DNA of 63,881 nucleotides, counting the filler, from Choristocarpus tenellus KU-1152 (taxonomy: Eukaryota; Protista; Phaeophyceae), in assembly GCA_964200185.2 (NCBI GenBank). It is 14 parts of 14 records of this genome, joined end to end, with 100 filler letters (N's around TTAATTAATTAA, not from the genome) between each part and the next. Parts side by side here need not be neighbours in the genome. Positions count along the whole stretch, not along the records: positions 4,622 to 11,907 come from CAXNAD020006404.1; positions 12,008 to 16,115 come from CAXNAD020016163.1; positions 16,216 to 19,456 come from CAXNAD020021319.1; positions 19,557 to 24,741 come from CAXNAD020011579.1; 10 more parts are not named here. One strand, written 5' to 3'. The notes under the pieces were generated by a model. The model worked only from the letters and a program-made list of their open reading frames with translations, was not told the DNA's origin and did not search any database. This document shows, one piece after another, positions 11,851 through 24,741 of this stretch (the first letter of the stretch is position 1; every line of letters begins with the position of its first letter). Position numbers and translations under genes: made by a program.

Positions 11851-12884
11851 CCGAGATAATACTACTTGCGTAGTCACCGAAACAATTTGGCGTAGTCTGG
11901 ATTTAACNNNNNNNNNNNNNNNNNNNNNNNNNNNNNNNNNNNNNNNNNNNNTTAATTAATTAANNNNNNNNNNNNNNNNNNNNNNNNNNNNNNNNNNNNN
12001 NNNNNNNACCGATCTATTTCTTACTTCCCCACTATGTTGTACTATGCCTAGTTACCGAGAAAATACAGTATCAACCTGTAATCCATTTCAAATCTGTTTT
12101 TCACCATGTTTAAATATATCATTATTATATATTATTATTATTATGCCCTCTGACATTTTGTAGATGTGTAGGGGGAAACAAATGAAAACTATACATGTGG
12201 CAGTTAAAGGATTTCGTATACTGATTGTAGACGAATGTATTTAAGGCTCGAGGAGATATAGATATATCATATGTGTAATTTTGTTTTGTTTTGTTCCTGT
12301 ATTAAAGAAGTGCATTACGTACTATACAAGTGCAGTACGTGATATATAGTCAATAAATAGTACAGTCAGGATCAAAGGAATGGTCTAATACTAATTGTTA
12401 ATAAGATATGGTGTACGAGTAGTTGGGGTTTGAGTTGTTAGGATTATATATGTATATTTTTATAGTGATTTGTTTGGTGCTGTTTGAATTGGTTGTAAGA
12501 TCTAAGATTGGATGGTGTTTGAAGATGAAATGCTACGGGTTACATGTATTGATTACAACAAGTTCAATATATTAATCAATCAGACTCTTCGAGTTCTCAG
12601 GAAATTCCACAGGTTTTTGTTGTCAATTGAATAGAAATATATCTTCTATTAATTCTCATATGCAGTTTGAAATCCAGAAGTTTATACAATTTTTTCTTGG
12701 TTCTGTTAAGGTTTAATATTCAGTTCTTGCGCTATTTTACGAACACCTAAACAGAACACCTTTTGTCAAGATCGTCACAATGGTCTTTGCTATGACCTAA
12801 ATCCATTCGTAAGTATAGAACTAAACAAGAGTCCACCTTGTAACTCTTAAAGACAAGACATGCAGGACTTCCCCCCAGTCTGAT

Positions 12885-15570
12885 ATGGGTGGTTTGTGCG
12901 GTTGGTTGATTTTCCTTTGCTCATTCTCAACTTTGCACTACATCAGGGTAGATGCGGCACCGATAAACATCCTGGGTTACGTGCCCGAGTCCTCAAATGA
13001 TGACTTCTTCAGCTTAACACAGGGTGTGAGATCTGCCCTAAGTCTTGCGGTAGTGGAGGTCAACTCCAACCAAACTTACCTGACTGGCGAGCTAAACATT
13101 ACCTTCATACCTACAACCGGTGTTGAGATAGCTACACTCCACGAGACTTGTGTCGCCCTCGACCAAGGTGCTGGGGTGTATGGCGCCGTTGGACCATTGA
13201 GTCCCAGCGATGCCTCCTTGTTGGCATCAGCTTCAAGCTCCTATGCATCCCTTCCTATCGTAACGTACGGAGCACCAACCGCGAAAGATGATGTTGTCGG
13301 AGACAGTCGAAGCTTTCTCTTTCAGGTTCAGCCAGATGCGTATTCACAGATGAAGGCCTTGGCAGAGTTCATTATTGAGATGAAGGCTGCAAGGGATGCA
13401 GTGACGGGCACTGTTTGGTCAGAGGTAACTCAGTTCCAGAGTAGGCACGGAAAAAGGAAGGAAACATCCCTGAGCTAAACGGGCGGTCGACTGTTTTGTT
13501 GTTGTTATGTGGCAAGCAGTCACATATTTGCCGTTTTGAAACCTGTTGTTTGTATATTCGCCACGTAACTCACATTGTCGCACTCCTCCTGTACCTTCCT
13601 TGACCAGGAAAAGATAGGTGTAGTGGCTGTGGGTGAGTACGGCGAAGGAGCTCGCGATGTTCTGGTCTCCGTGTTATTGGAATTTTCTAGTTCCAATATA
13701 ACCGAGAATATTACAATTGACTCCTCGTAAGTGGATTCATTTGGTGGATTGCAGGTTTGAGTTGGATAATCTGATCTTGTTATTGGCAGTCGACCTATTT
13801 TAAACAGCAGGCAATGTGACTTTGGACCTAAACAACATTTTTCAAATGTGGGCGACAACCCCAGTGGTCACTTAGCTTCCTTACCTTTGTCGTTGTTAGC
13901 CTCTCTATTCAACTTTATTTTTTTCGTTTCCTGGTTCGATCGATGTATTTTTCGTCCATTTATTCCCACCTCTCTTACTTGGTATCCTTTCTCTGTGTTT
14001 CTTCGACGTAATCGATCGGTACATGTGGAGCAGCTCAAGTGTGACCGAGGATGCTGTTGCGTCGATTGAGTCAGCGGACATCACAGAGGCTGTCTTGTCA
14101 ATGCAATTGAACAGCATAAGCATTATTGTGGTGTTGTCGGAGGGTCAAAATGCCCGAATAGTTCGTGCATTGCTACACGAGGTAGATATACAAACATGAT
14201 CATTGTGAGGGATGCCCACCCCTTCAACTTGATGCGCCCTGGATTCTTGGTGCCTTAACCACACTTGTGTAGTCTAATGCCGTTGACGAGTGGTAAGTCT
14301 GAGGTAAATCTAGAGCTTTTCGCCATGGCCTATTGAGTTCTTTCCCATCAGCTCTTAGGATTAACCACATTACGGTTCTAGAGAAAAATTTTGTGTAATG
14401 AGGGTTCTTGATGTTTCCCACATATTTGGTGTTGATCAAAGGTTCGCGTGTTCCTCTTCGTTGTTCGGGGTAAGATTGTCTTTCTGGGAACCTCTTTGCC
14501 TATCCATCTTGTGTTCTGCCACACTGAGTGTTGCAAGAAGACAAGAAGCTGCCAGTGCATTTTATGGAGGTGACGAAAATCTCAGGGTCACACACTTGAT
14601 TGACATTGCCTTCAATACTCTCTCAGGCGCTAGATGCAGGCCTTGTCTCAGAAAGCGTGCAGTGGTATTTTGCAGATGGGATAGCTTTTGACGGATTGTT
14701 CGATGTCAACTCTACATACCGTGATGCAGCGCTTGCGTATAGCATGAGAGGGTCCCTGGGAGTGAGACCTTGTTCTCCAATCACAGGTGAAACATGTCTC
14801 AAAATGGGTAGAAGTGGCTGGTTTCCTTCACCTTGAAGGGGTGGATTGTTGTTGCTGTGATGAGTCAAGGTAAGCAAAGAGATACCCAGAGTTGCATTTC
14901 AAGGATGTCAGGAAATACGTGCAGGATTTGACTCTTTAAAATAAATGTGTGCAGGATCTTTTTCGAATTTTGTCAAATGTTTCAAACAATGAAGAAATAA
15001 ACCCTCTCAACTCAAGTTTAGAACTTCATCCGTAGAAAGATGGATGAGTCGCACAATAGAATGAAAAAAAGAACTGGCTTATAAATGCAAAACGGTCGAA
15101 AACCTGGGTACCTCTCGGTTAGCTTCGACCCCATCTGTTTGTGGCAAGGTGTCCATTTTTCTTGGTCGGTCATGAGGTCCAGCTCTTTTATTCAAGCTCT
15201 ATTGATGGTATCCAATTGTACTGATTGACCAAAATCGTGTTGTACTGCGTTCTTCTCCCCACCGATCCACCTGTGTTGTTTCATGTTGATTATCTCAACT
15301 CTCCCACACAGTACAATCATGTCTATTTCCTTGCTTGCAAATCGTGTCCCCCTTCACAGGAACTGGCAGTGATGAAGCACTTGCTTTGAGGGAGCTATGG
15401 GCAGGGTTGAATGCCAATGAGTATGCCGGTGGAGGTGAGCTTTTGGTGGATGGAAGACTAGAGCCTACATACGCATATGCATTCGACTCTGTGATTGCAT
15501 TGGCGAGGGCCATTGGTGCCGCTCAGATAGCAGCTGGTGGAGCAGATCTGCTTCTTCCCTACACAGAAAG
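12885..15570 (+). CDS. 5' part of a spliced gene encoding a signal peptide plus ANF-receptor/type-1 periplasmic-binding ligand-binding domain (glutamate-receptor-like or class C GPCR-like)
   Basis: Phase-compatible GT-AG exons 12885-13424, 13608-13726, 14034-14181, 14627-14786 and 15360-15570. Motifs include ALSLAVVEVNSN..YL..EL, GVYGAVGP..S, LPIVTYGA, FLFQVQPD..SQMKALAEFI, ALDAGLV...VQW and YAYAFDSVIALARAI. Confidence 0.82.
14862..15131 (+). mobile_element. MITE family C copy (intronic)
   Basis: Imperfect TIR GAGTCAAGGTAAGCAAAGAGATACCCAG...CTGGGTACCTCTCGGTTAGCTTCGACCC. Homologous to 3985-4240. Confidence 0.62.
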
Positions 15571-16215
15571 GTGGAGAAATATATGTATTATACCCTTCGG
15601 AAAGAGTTAGGGATATTCCTGTTGAAGTACGCATACCTATTGCGCATACTTCATTTCTGTAGAACTGTTTGTTGAGTGGGAAATTGACACTTACCCCATG
15701 CTGATCTAAACCATTGTTTCTTTGCAAGATGAGTTGGTGGTGTGAGGGAGTTTGAAGGTTAAAAAGTTGAGTTTTTTTTTTTTGTCAGGTGTTGCACTCC
15801 ACTGGCATGCCTCCTGCCAACCAACCCGCCGCCCACCTTGGTTTCATTGCGCTGCATGCATGCCGCGTTGGGGCAGTTTAAGCGTTTTTGATCTGCAAGA
15901 CCCCTGAACTCCTCCACCATGGTACTTTTTTCAATCATTCTGGGAGAAGAGAAACCCAGCGCAGGAGCCATTGGAAGATTCATTATTGTGAACATCGTAG
16001 TGTTAGAGTTTTAGGGGTAGGGGACACGATTGACTCAACTCCTTACATGTTGAGGAAGGATGAGGGGTAAGGTGTGCCCTGGGGGGGGGGGGGGGGGGGG
16101 GAGGGAGAAACAAAANNNNNNNNNNNNNNNNNNNNNNNNNNNNNNNNNNNNNNNNNNNNTTAATTAATTAANNNNNNNNNNNNNNNNNNNNNNNNNNNNN
16201 NNNNNNNNNNNNNNN

Positions 16216-16369
16216 CATGTTTCGGACACACCTTTTCATAATGTAAACATTTTACCTACTTCGAAACATTTTGGAGTCGTAAAATGTCAATAAAAAACCC
16301 ATGGGAAGCCAAGCCCCCCCACAAATAGACAAACAGGGAAAAATCGTACCCTCTAAGATAGTTTCACTC
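16216..16369 (-). mobile_element. MITE-A partial copy (contig edge)
   Basis: Contains the internal hairpin and the TIR TACCCTCTAAGATAGTTTCACTC. Confidence 0.85.
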
Positions 16370-17170
16370 ATGAGGTACAACTAAAGCACAGAGGCGAATA
16401 GAGCCAGCACTACACCCATTGTAAAAAACATTCACACAGAGGAACCGTGCATGCTCACTGCGAGCAGACGCACGAGATCGAGAAACAGTGCCCACAATGT
16501 CAACCCAGGGGGGAGTGAGATGCCAGGGAGACACTCAAAACAGAAAAAAAGCCAGTTCAACCCATGGTTATCAGGCTCCCAAGAACCTACACTTTTGTTG
16601 AGTACAAAAATTAGCAACGATTCCTTCTTAACAAGATTTCATTTTTAATAACCCTAACCCTACCTAAAAAAAAGAATAAGTGTGGTGCAAATGTGCGAGG
16701 AGACGAACGAGGAAGAGAGCCGGTGTACTTACTACTACCTTCGGAATTACACAGTCTTTGCAGCACATAGACACACACAAAATTGTATACCAGACAACAA
16801 TGTTTTCAAATCTTCGGAATCATTAAAAACAAATGGCTATTTACTGTCTATCAGAATAAGTGGTTGGAATGATCAAGATAGATTCCATCCGGAAAAGGAG
16901 TTCAGCCTTTGGCCTTCCCCTGCCTGCACCTTAAAAACGCCTCTACCAAGATAAAATAAAAATATTAATTATTGAAATTAGTATTGAAAGGTCATCGCTA
17001 CCCATGAAGGCAACAGTAGTGACTTCAGCTACACATATTAAAATACAAACAAAATCAACACTATTTCCTCTCCTGAAAAACGATAGTCAAAACCCACTTC
17101 ACCAGTTTCTAAAAACATTTATTTTTTTACAACCGGGGCAAAGCCAAGACACCTTAAGCTCCTTACCCTC

Positions 17171-17197
17171 TAACCCTAACCCTAACCCTAACCCTAA
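17171..17197. repeat. Interstitial telomere-like (TAACCC)n
   Basis: About 4.5 units. Shorter tracts near 30531, 30610, 34920, 49693 and 50781. Confidence 0.8.
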
Positions 17198-18542
17198 GAA
17201 ATAAAAAATAAAGTAGTCATGGAAGCACACACCGACAGATCCCGCACCAAATCATAAAAATAAAATAAATTGTGACACAACAAATTTTAGTATCCTTTTT
17301 TTTTTAAATAAAAGATCAAAGGAAGAAAAACACTCATCCCACAGAACCCCTCGTCACGCAATCGAACAACACAACATAACATAACACAACACAACAGACC
17401 TACGCGTACATAGATACATAATTCAAAAAATCTTTCAGCACACACATTTCAGTAAATGCATGTTTCTTTTTTTTATTTCTCAGTTTTTTTCCCCCCTCTT
17501 TTCAAAACCGCACGGCTTGATGTAAACGGACCCAGGGTAAAATAAAAAAATCTGAGCTAGCACACCATACACACACACACATACACACACCTCAATATTT
17601 TTTGTATAAGTGAGCTTGGTGGGGGTGTGAAGGCCATGTCGTGTGCAGAGGGAGGAGAAACTTGTGTGTCAGAAAATTACACAAATAACGTAAAAATCGT
17701 TCTTGTTCTACAATCGGTTCGCAGCGCACACATTCAAATATTTTTATTATTATTATATACACACATACATATACATACACATAACATACAAACACACATA
17801 TATATACACATACATATGCATACATATACATACACATAATACATACATATACGAGCAACGCCTGTGGTTTAAGAAACCCTTACATCTGATGACCACATCC
17901 GTGACTACAAGTATCCCACTTTTCTTTTTTTAATTAAATAGCAATTGCAGTTCCAAGTAATCCCATTTCTTTTTTCAAATTAAAACTCTTTTTTAATTTT
18001 GCTTACAAAAAAAAACTAAAAAGAGATTAATTGCACCATTAGAAAGCAAAGAACCATTTTTTTTGTTTAAGAGGGAGAAGAGGAAATAAATCAGACTGTA
18101 CCATCAATGCATAGATTGCCCTCTCATATTTACTTTCAACACAAAACATTAAAAAACAATCACTCAAGTTTTTTGTTTTCAAAAAACACACAAAGGAGTT
18201 CCAACCCACCAAGGCATTCTGTAATAACGCCACATGCTCCCCTGGTGGAGGCAGGGGCACACTCTGCTCCAGATTTGTTGCTGCATTCTGCAGACTCAAA
18301 ATATAGTCATGCATGTCGGCACTGCCCACAAACTCCCCATCAAAAGCTGCAAGGGAGGCCTACAGACAAGGAAATACAGATACACACACAAAGACACACA
18401 CACAAACACAGGCATAGGAGACTTTAGTGAAGTGATATTGTGAGGTGGCAGTTTTAATAGTGAAGTGATCTCAAAAACGGTTATTAATAATGCTATCGCT
18501 AAAATTGATAGCAAGTATACCACCCAGAACATTTCAACATCA

Positions 18543-18657
18543 GTAGTGGTAGTAGTAATAGTACTGGTAGTGGTGGTGGTGGTGGTGGTAGTAGTAGTAG
18601 TAATAGTAATAATGGTAGAAGTACTAGTAGTAGTAGCAGTAGTAGTAGTGGTAGTAA

Positions 18658-18692
<35 letters not shown>

Positions 18693-18713
18693 ATAGCAGT
18701 AGTTATAGTGGTA
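18543..18713. repeat. (GTA/GTG)n trinucleotide microsatellite
   Basis: Directly visible. It produces the spurious poly-Val ORF 18465-18773. Confidence 0.95.
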
Positions 18714-19943
18714 GTGTGTGTATATATATCACACCCACGTGCATTAACTTGCCAGGTAAGAGACAGTAGTTAACTTGTATAGCTGTATAGTAACAAAAAA
18801 TCAGCACAAAAAAATAATATACTAATGCTAACAACAAAGAAAATAACAGATTCATAAAACAATTGAACCACGGATTCAACCTCCTCGCTATCAATAAAAA
18901 AAAAAATCACTGCTGTGAAAACACACACGCACTCAAAGAGGATATACCTCCTCCTTGTGAAAATTAGGGATTAGACGAACCTCTTCTTGGAGCAATAAGG
19001 GATATTGAGAGTTTTTGTCTTCAAGAAGGTACATCCACTCTGCTCAGCTTAGTTCAGTTCAGTTCAGTTCAGTTTCAGTTTAACCAGGTTCAGTTTTTTC
19101 ATTTTGCACACCATTTTCACAGCCAATTGAATTGAATTGAACAGTTGGGGGTACAGCGCAATCCAGTTCAATTCAAGCCCATTCGAGTTTCCAAGACTAT
19201 TCCCTTCACAGAGAATTTAAATAATTGATACCCACGCAAAAGTTCACTCCTATCAAAATCAATCAATCAATCAATCAAACATACACTATTAAAAAATAAA
19301 AATCTACAGTAAAACAATTTTAAAATCTAGCAAAGAAATAAAAAATAAAAATGTCAAAACATCCCACCAAAAATTAAAAATTAAAAACAAAATAAAACAA
19401 CTAAGGTATTCCAAAATGCAACCACCACACCCAACTAAAGCCCCCTCACCCCCCCCNNNNNNNNNNNNNNNNNNNNNNNNNNNNNNNNNNNNNNNNNNNN
19501 TTAATTAATTAANNNNNNNNNNNNNNNNNNNNNNNNNNNNNNNNNNNNNNNNNNNNGTGTGAGATGTTAACGTTACTGGGGCGGGAGCGCACCTGGGTAG
19601 GAATTGTGTGGTGGAGGGAGGGGGGAGGGAGGGGAGAGGGGTGAGAACCAATCTGCTACGGAGTGCTAGTATGAAGGGGCCTAAGTATAGGGAGGAACAG
19701 GGGGGGGGGGAGGGTTGGGGGACGGGATGTTGCATCACAGAGTCAGCAACAACAAGAAAAATTGCATGAGATTGCAATTAAGGAATCACAAACGGGCGTA
19801 CACATGGCTGGAAGAGATCTATATATATGTATGTATATGTATTGTGGAGGAGTCAATCCTGCCAATTGGTGAAAAGTGATGACATTCGCTCGAATACCCT
19901 AACCTTAATCTCCCACAACAAAGCAAAAAATGTTTTTTCCAAC

Positions 19944-22269
19944 TTCTGTGACGACACCACGTAATGTCCTTTCAATGGCACCAGTCCGGCAGGCTTCAAT
20001 GTTCAAACTCACCAAGTTCCACCTCCACCACGGCCTCCACTCCTTCCTCTCGTGTGCATGTAGCCCTACTTCCCCATCCCTCGCTGCTGCGGCAGTTACA
20101 GCAGAGTTGGCAGTTACAGCAGAGTTGGTTGCAGTAACCCCGACACGACCCTTCACTGCAGCTGATGCCACATCTGCTGACGGGTACCAATAGCCATCCA
20201 CCATAACCCCAGCGACCAATTCAGCTTCATCGTCCTTAACTCGTGTATCCTGTTGGGTGGAGATTGTTCTGCCTGAACTGTCCTGGTTGAAGTCTTCTGT
20301 GTCCACTGATGCTACAGAGCCACCCCGCACCAACTGTCAGGGTCGCGCCCCATCAATGGCAGAGTGCAAGTCGAACAGGGGGGGGGAGGAGGGCCAGATG
20401 GGTTGAAGAAACCAAGAGGATGGTGCCGCTGAGTCTTAACTGCATCCATGAATTTCTGGTTGCACAGTTTCAGTGGCACTAGGTCCACAGCTGCGGAGTG
20501 CACTATGGCTGTTTTGTGGGTATGTTCAGTATGTGGAAGTCAGTTCGTAGTTATCTCTATCAACGCCCATTTTGAAATATCGACTTCTTTATGAACAAAG
20601 TTAGAAAAACAAAAAAATCAACACTATAAACGGCTGAAACAACACCCCTCTCAATTGCTTCAACTCAGATGCCACGCACGTGGTGGGTAAGACAACCTTA
20701 TCAGCAAGGCAACAGGAGTATACAGGTGTCAAGGAGAAGGGAAGGTCAAGTGTATTCTTGTGTGCCATTTGTAGAGGGTCAAGAGACACCTCAACAACTT
20801 TCCAACATATCCATCTTCTTATGCCCATCACAAACATATTCTCTCCCTGCTCCCACCCAAACACAGGCATCCTAGAACAGCAACATTTTAGAGGCGTTTC
20901 TTCTCATCCTAGACTTGTTACAAGGATTATCAGGGGACAAGACTCAAGACTCTGACCTTGTCACAATACCAAACTGTCAGCTTGCTTATGGGCACTAACG
21001 TACACACAGCTGTCCAAGCACCTGCTCTACAATAACCAACCTATTCTATCATATATAGGTGAAGAGAGCCTTCAGCTGGCGGACGGAAGGAGAGGGTAGC
21101 GGGGGGGAGGGGTGGTTCAGGGGTAACCTCTCACCTGCGTTGAAGCAGTGGCGAAAGTGGTATTTCTAGCATGAACCACCCGCCTGTCCCAGGAACCCCC
21201 ATCCCTACCGATCTCGTTTCCTGTCTCTTTTAATTCGCGATTGACAAGCTCACCATGGTCAAGGCCACTGCCCCCAAGGCTCCATCGCCTGGCCAAGGCA
21301 TGGAAAACTCTGGAAAGGGCTCTGCGTTTGTTGACTTGTCGGGAAGGGTCAGTTGTCCCGTCGCTAGTCACTTCAGTTGCAGCAGTAGCGGCGGCCTGAT
21401 CAACCGCAACCTCGACCGCAGCTTTGGTCACAGCACTAACAACCTGCAGGTGGCGATGGTGAGGAAAAAAAACAACGGGAGGAAAAGATGGCTTGCAGGA
21501 GGTGAGAGGAGGGACAAGACACGACGTTCGCTCGTGTGTTGCTTGTCTTCCCTGACTGATTAACTGGAGTCTGCAGACACCATATCCTTCTTTTTCGCAT
21601 GTCATTTCACCCAGGATGCCAGTAAAAGGGCGAAAGGCCGAAGGGAGTATACAGGGCAGAAAGACACAAGATGAGATGCTGATGGCAAGTCGACCCCCAG
21701 TTGTATCATCAAATGGACCACTATAACAACCACTATCTAGCCTAAGCCCCCTGGATTGCAAAAACAACACCTGCATTACCCTGGTTCATTGCTCTATGGC
21801 TAACAGGTACAGACAGCAAAAAAAATGGGTTTCTTCCCACCTCAGCTTCGAGCACTCTATCTTGTCTAGAAACCTTGTCGCTAGAGGCCTGGTTCGACCC
21901 TCCGTGCAACAGTAAGTGGGAGGGTCCATTGACACGCAATGCACTGCGCAAGGCCCATCCTTGATAGGCAGGTATCTGGCCTGTGAAGCTGTCTCTGGAG
22001 AACGTGGACAGCCTGAGAGTTGGTGGGCACAGTCTTGTCATGCGTCCTCGTTGAGGTGCGGGAGAGATCGAAGACGTAACCCACGCAAATCCATTCGGAG
22101 TATAAGCATGATTCACAGGCGCAGAGACTTCGAACTGATTACATTGGAGGCTAGGGGCATATGCCACAGTGAGTTGAAGAACCAAGCACAGTAAAAGTCC
22201 TGAGACGCAAACACAGAGGTGTCTACGATGGACAGTCCTCTGGGAAGCACCCCCCAGGGTGCTTCCCAT
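19944..22269 (-). CDS. 5' part of a spliced gene for an unknown, probably plastid-targeted protein
   Basis: Phase-0 exons 22269-21841, 21443-21135 and 20333-19944 with GT/AG boundaries. The hydrophobic signal VSGLLLCLVLQLTVA is followed by YAP (ASAFAP-like) and an S/T/R-rich transit-like segment. Confidence 0.62.
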
Positions 22270-23329
22270 TGAAGTCAAGAGCCAGGGCTCCAGCCCCCTC
22301 TACGAAAGAAACACGCACAGATCACGTGTGATCAGGTGTAGAGTTAAACTCTCGAACAGCAGGTATAGTCTTCACTGCTTGTACTACTACAACTTCTACT
22401 GTCAAGTCCAACTTCGAGTCAATGTCAACACAATATTTTTGCGCGCGCTCAAAGCGCTTTCAATTTGCGCGCAGGTCATCACTCAATATAATTTAATGAT
22501 TGGTGTGTACCAGTGAATAAAAATGAATCTACTCATACAAGACAAGATTATCCATTCGTTTTGGTGAGGATAACCAACAGAATCATGCGTGTAGGAAGTG
22601 CAACAATCACGTACTGGGCCTTCCTTCCCCCCCCAAAAAGTCTTCCCTCCAGGATCTTAAGAAGCTGCACTCCCCTTCGCGCAATATCGTAGTATTATGT
22701 GGGAGTAGAGGAGATGTATGATAGATACATTATACTCAGCTTTTTGTGAACCCATAGAAGTGCAACATCTACGTTTTAGTTTTTTGGGTTGTCCGTTTTC
22801 ACGTTCAGGTATGCACTGGAGGCACCTAGTGCATGGCTTTCGCCTAAAGATCTCTTCTCCAAGATGAGTGAATTCCACCTATCTGTTCAACAATCATAGA
22901 TCTAAATTGTTGGTACTCTATTTAGGGGGAAAAGAACCCCTCTCGAGGCCCTGGTCCCTCCTCCTACCATTATCCCCTCGCCTCCCCTCCAGAATTCTCT
23001 GGGCTCCAACGAACTGAGTTTTTCCACAGTTGACTTCCCTTTTTTTATCCTTAATGTGAAGGTAGATCATTTCAAAAACTGATTAAGGAAGATACTTTAT
23101 GAGTGATACACCAGAGAAACAAGCTAACTGCAGTCCCATATCAATCATTTGAGCCAACCACATTCATATCTAAGGCAGTGTATTCCCTCACCCCACATCC
23201 CTCACCCTCATTCCCTCTCGTCAATTTTACACTGCACTGCATGACCGCAACAACAGGGGAAAAACAGCTGCCCACTCCCAGATTATATATAATGCATAAA
23301 TGATTCCAAACTCTCTCTACACCGTAAGA

Positions 23330-24520
23330 ACCGTGTGTGCCATTTAAGTTGTTGGGCACCAGCGATTCATAGATAAAAACAGTTTGCAGGTAGGGCATAT
23401 CAGGTGTGTTTACTATGTCAAACTGCTCTATTCTTACAATCATACGTTCTTATTGATGCAGGTCGGATTTTCAACATGGATAAACTCCGATCATATCCTT
23501 TAATACAAATATGTAGTTGTGAAGAATGGGTATGATTGTACCGGGCTGACTTAAAAAAAACGTAGCCATTTGATAGTGAAATTAGTTGCACGCATAGGGG
23601 ATTGAGTAGTTGCCAGAGGAGTTGATACTTGGGTAACATGCAGATGGAAGACGGCAGCAGGGTAGAGGGGACGCACTGGTGGGTATGTTTGCTGAATGAT
23701 CTTGATAATTTTGTTGGCATCAGAGCCAAAGGTGGATGTGGATGCGTGGTTAATGGAGCCAGGTGCTTCATGGACGAGTGGTATGCCAGAGAAGTCATTA
23801 TATCTATTATTAAAGGCGTACTCAACCAGCAGCTAGGTAGTTTAAGTAGATTAGGGGACATGCTCTACTACTACCCATTGAACGTTACCTTTCTTATTGG
23901 CTTCCTTCCATAAGTGAATATCTCATCTCATAGTATGAATTTTGCATCTCTTTAAGTGGCATGTATTGAGTCGTGTTCAAATGGATGGACCAGATGTGAA
24001 CCTGAGTTTCTTTTTCCGCGAAGAACATGGTGATGCTGGCGGTGTCGATGACAATCTACCCTGGTAATGGGTACTAGCGAGTAGTGTCTGGATCTTTGCT
24101 GCCCCTCTTAGCTACGTTGAGTTTCTTCTCTTTTCCATTCCTTTGATTTTTCTTTCTTGATACGTACTCTGTATTACAATATTTCGAGAATTGTGTCATC
24201 ATTTATCCTCTGGGTATATTCCGACCACGGACTTGTGAATCCTCTCAGACACTTGTGAATCGCAATAATGACAATAATACACCAGGCGATTGTACTGCAT
24301 GCCCCTCTGCGAAGCTCTCCATACCTTGACAATCCTCTTTCTTCATGTGACTTGTGTGAAAGATCCGCCAATTTAAAACATATTACAGCTGGAAAAAAAT
24401 ATTGGAAAATCTGTAAGAAACGGAATGTTGTATGTTCCCAATGTTGCCATAAAAGTCGAAACGCATTTGATTCCAACCATGACAGGTAGTTACAGTTCTT
24501 TCCTGACGAGCTGTACTTGT
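23330..24520 (-). pseudogene. Possible degenerate MULE-type remnant (SWIM-like and Ulp1-like fragments)
   Basis: Frameshifted fragments KNCNYLS/MVGIKC, LLKLPSCWLSTPLII and SLVPNNLNGTH resemble the SWIM and Ulp1 (WL.D..I; P.N...HW) motifs. The signal is weak. Confidence 0.3.
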
Positions 24521-24629
24521 AGTAAAACTGTTGTACAATTGTCCAAATTATTGACAACAATCCCCACAGTCTGCCAAGAGAAAACCTACCTCCAATAACT
24601 TGACCAATGTACAGTTGAACTGCGCTTGT

Positions 24630-24741
24630 GACCCAAAGTATCTAGGGGGGTGGGGGGTGTCTACACGAGGGTGTCCATTTGGACCAAAATCGGGAAAAGT
24701 GCATTTGCATTATCCATCCGACGCATGGCAACCAAATCACC
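24630..24741 (+). mobile_element. MITE-B partial copy (contig edge)
   Basis: GACCCAAAGTATCTAGGGGGG...GGGTGTCCATTTGG...GCAACCAAATCAC. Confidence 0.8.

Noticed and set aside
18465-18773. Poly-Val membrane protein ORF
   Set aside because: It is a translation of a (GTA)n microsatellite.
18190-19045. Isolated exon-like segments on the minus strand (WMYLLEDKNSQYPLLLQEEVRLIPNFHKEE; NAATNLEQSVPLPPPGEHVALLQNAL)
   Set aside because: Splice sites are plausible, but no family was recognised and there is too little to support a gene model.
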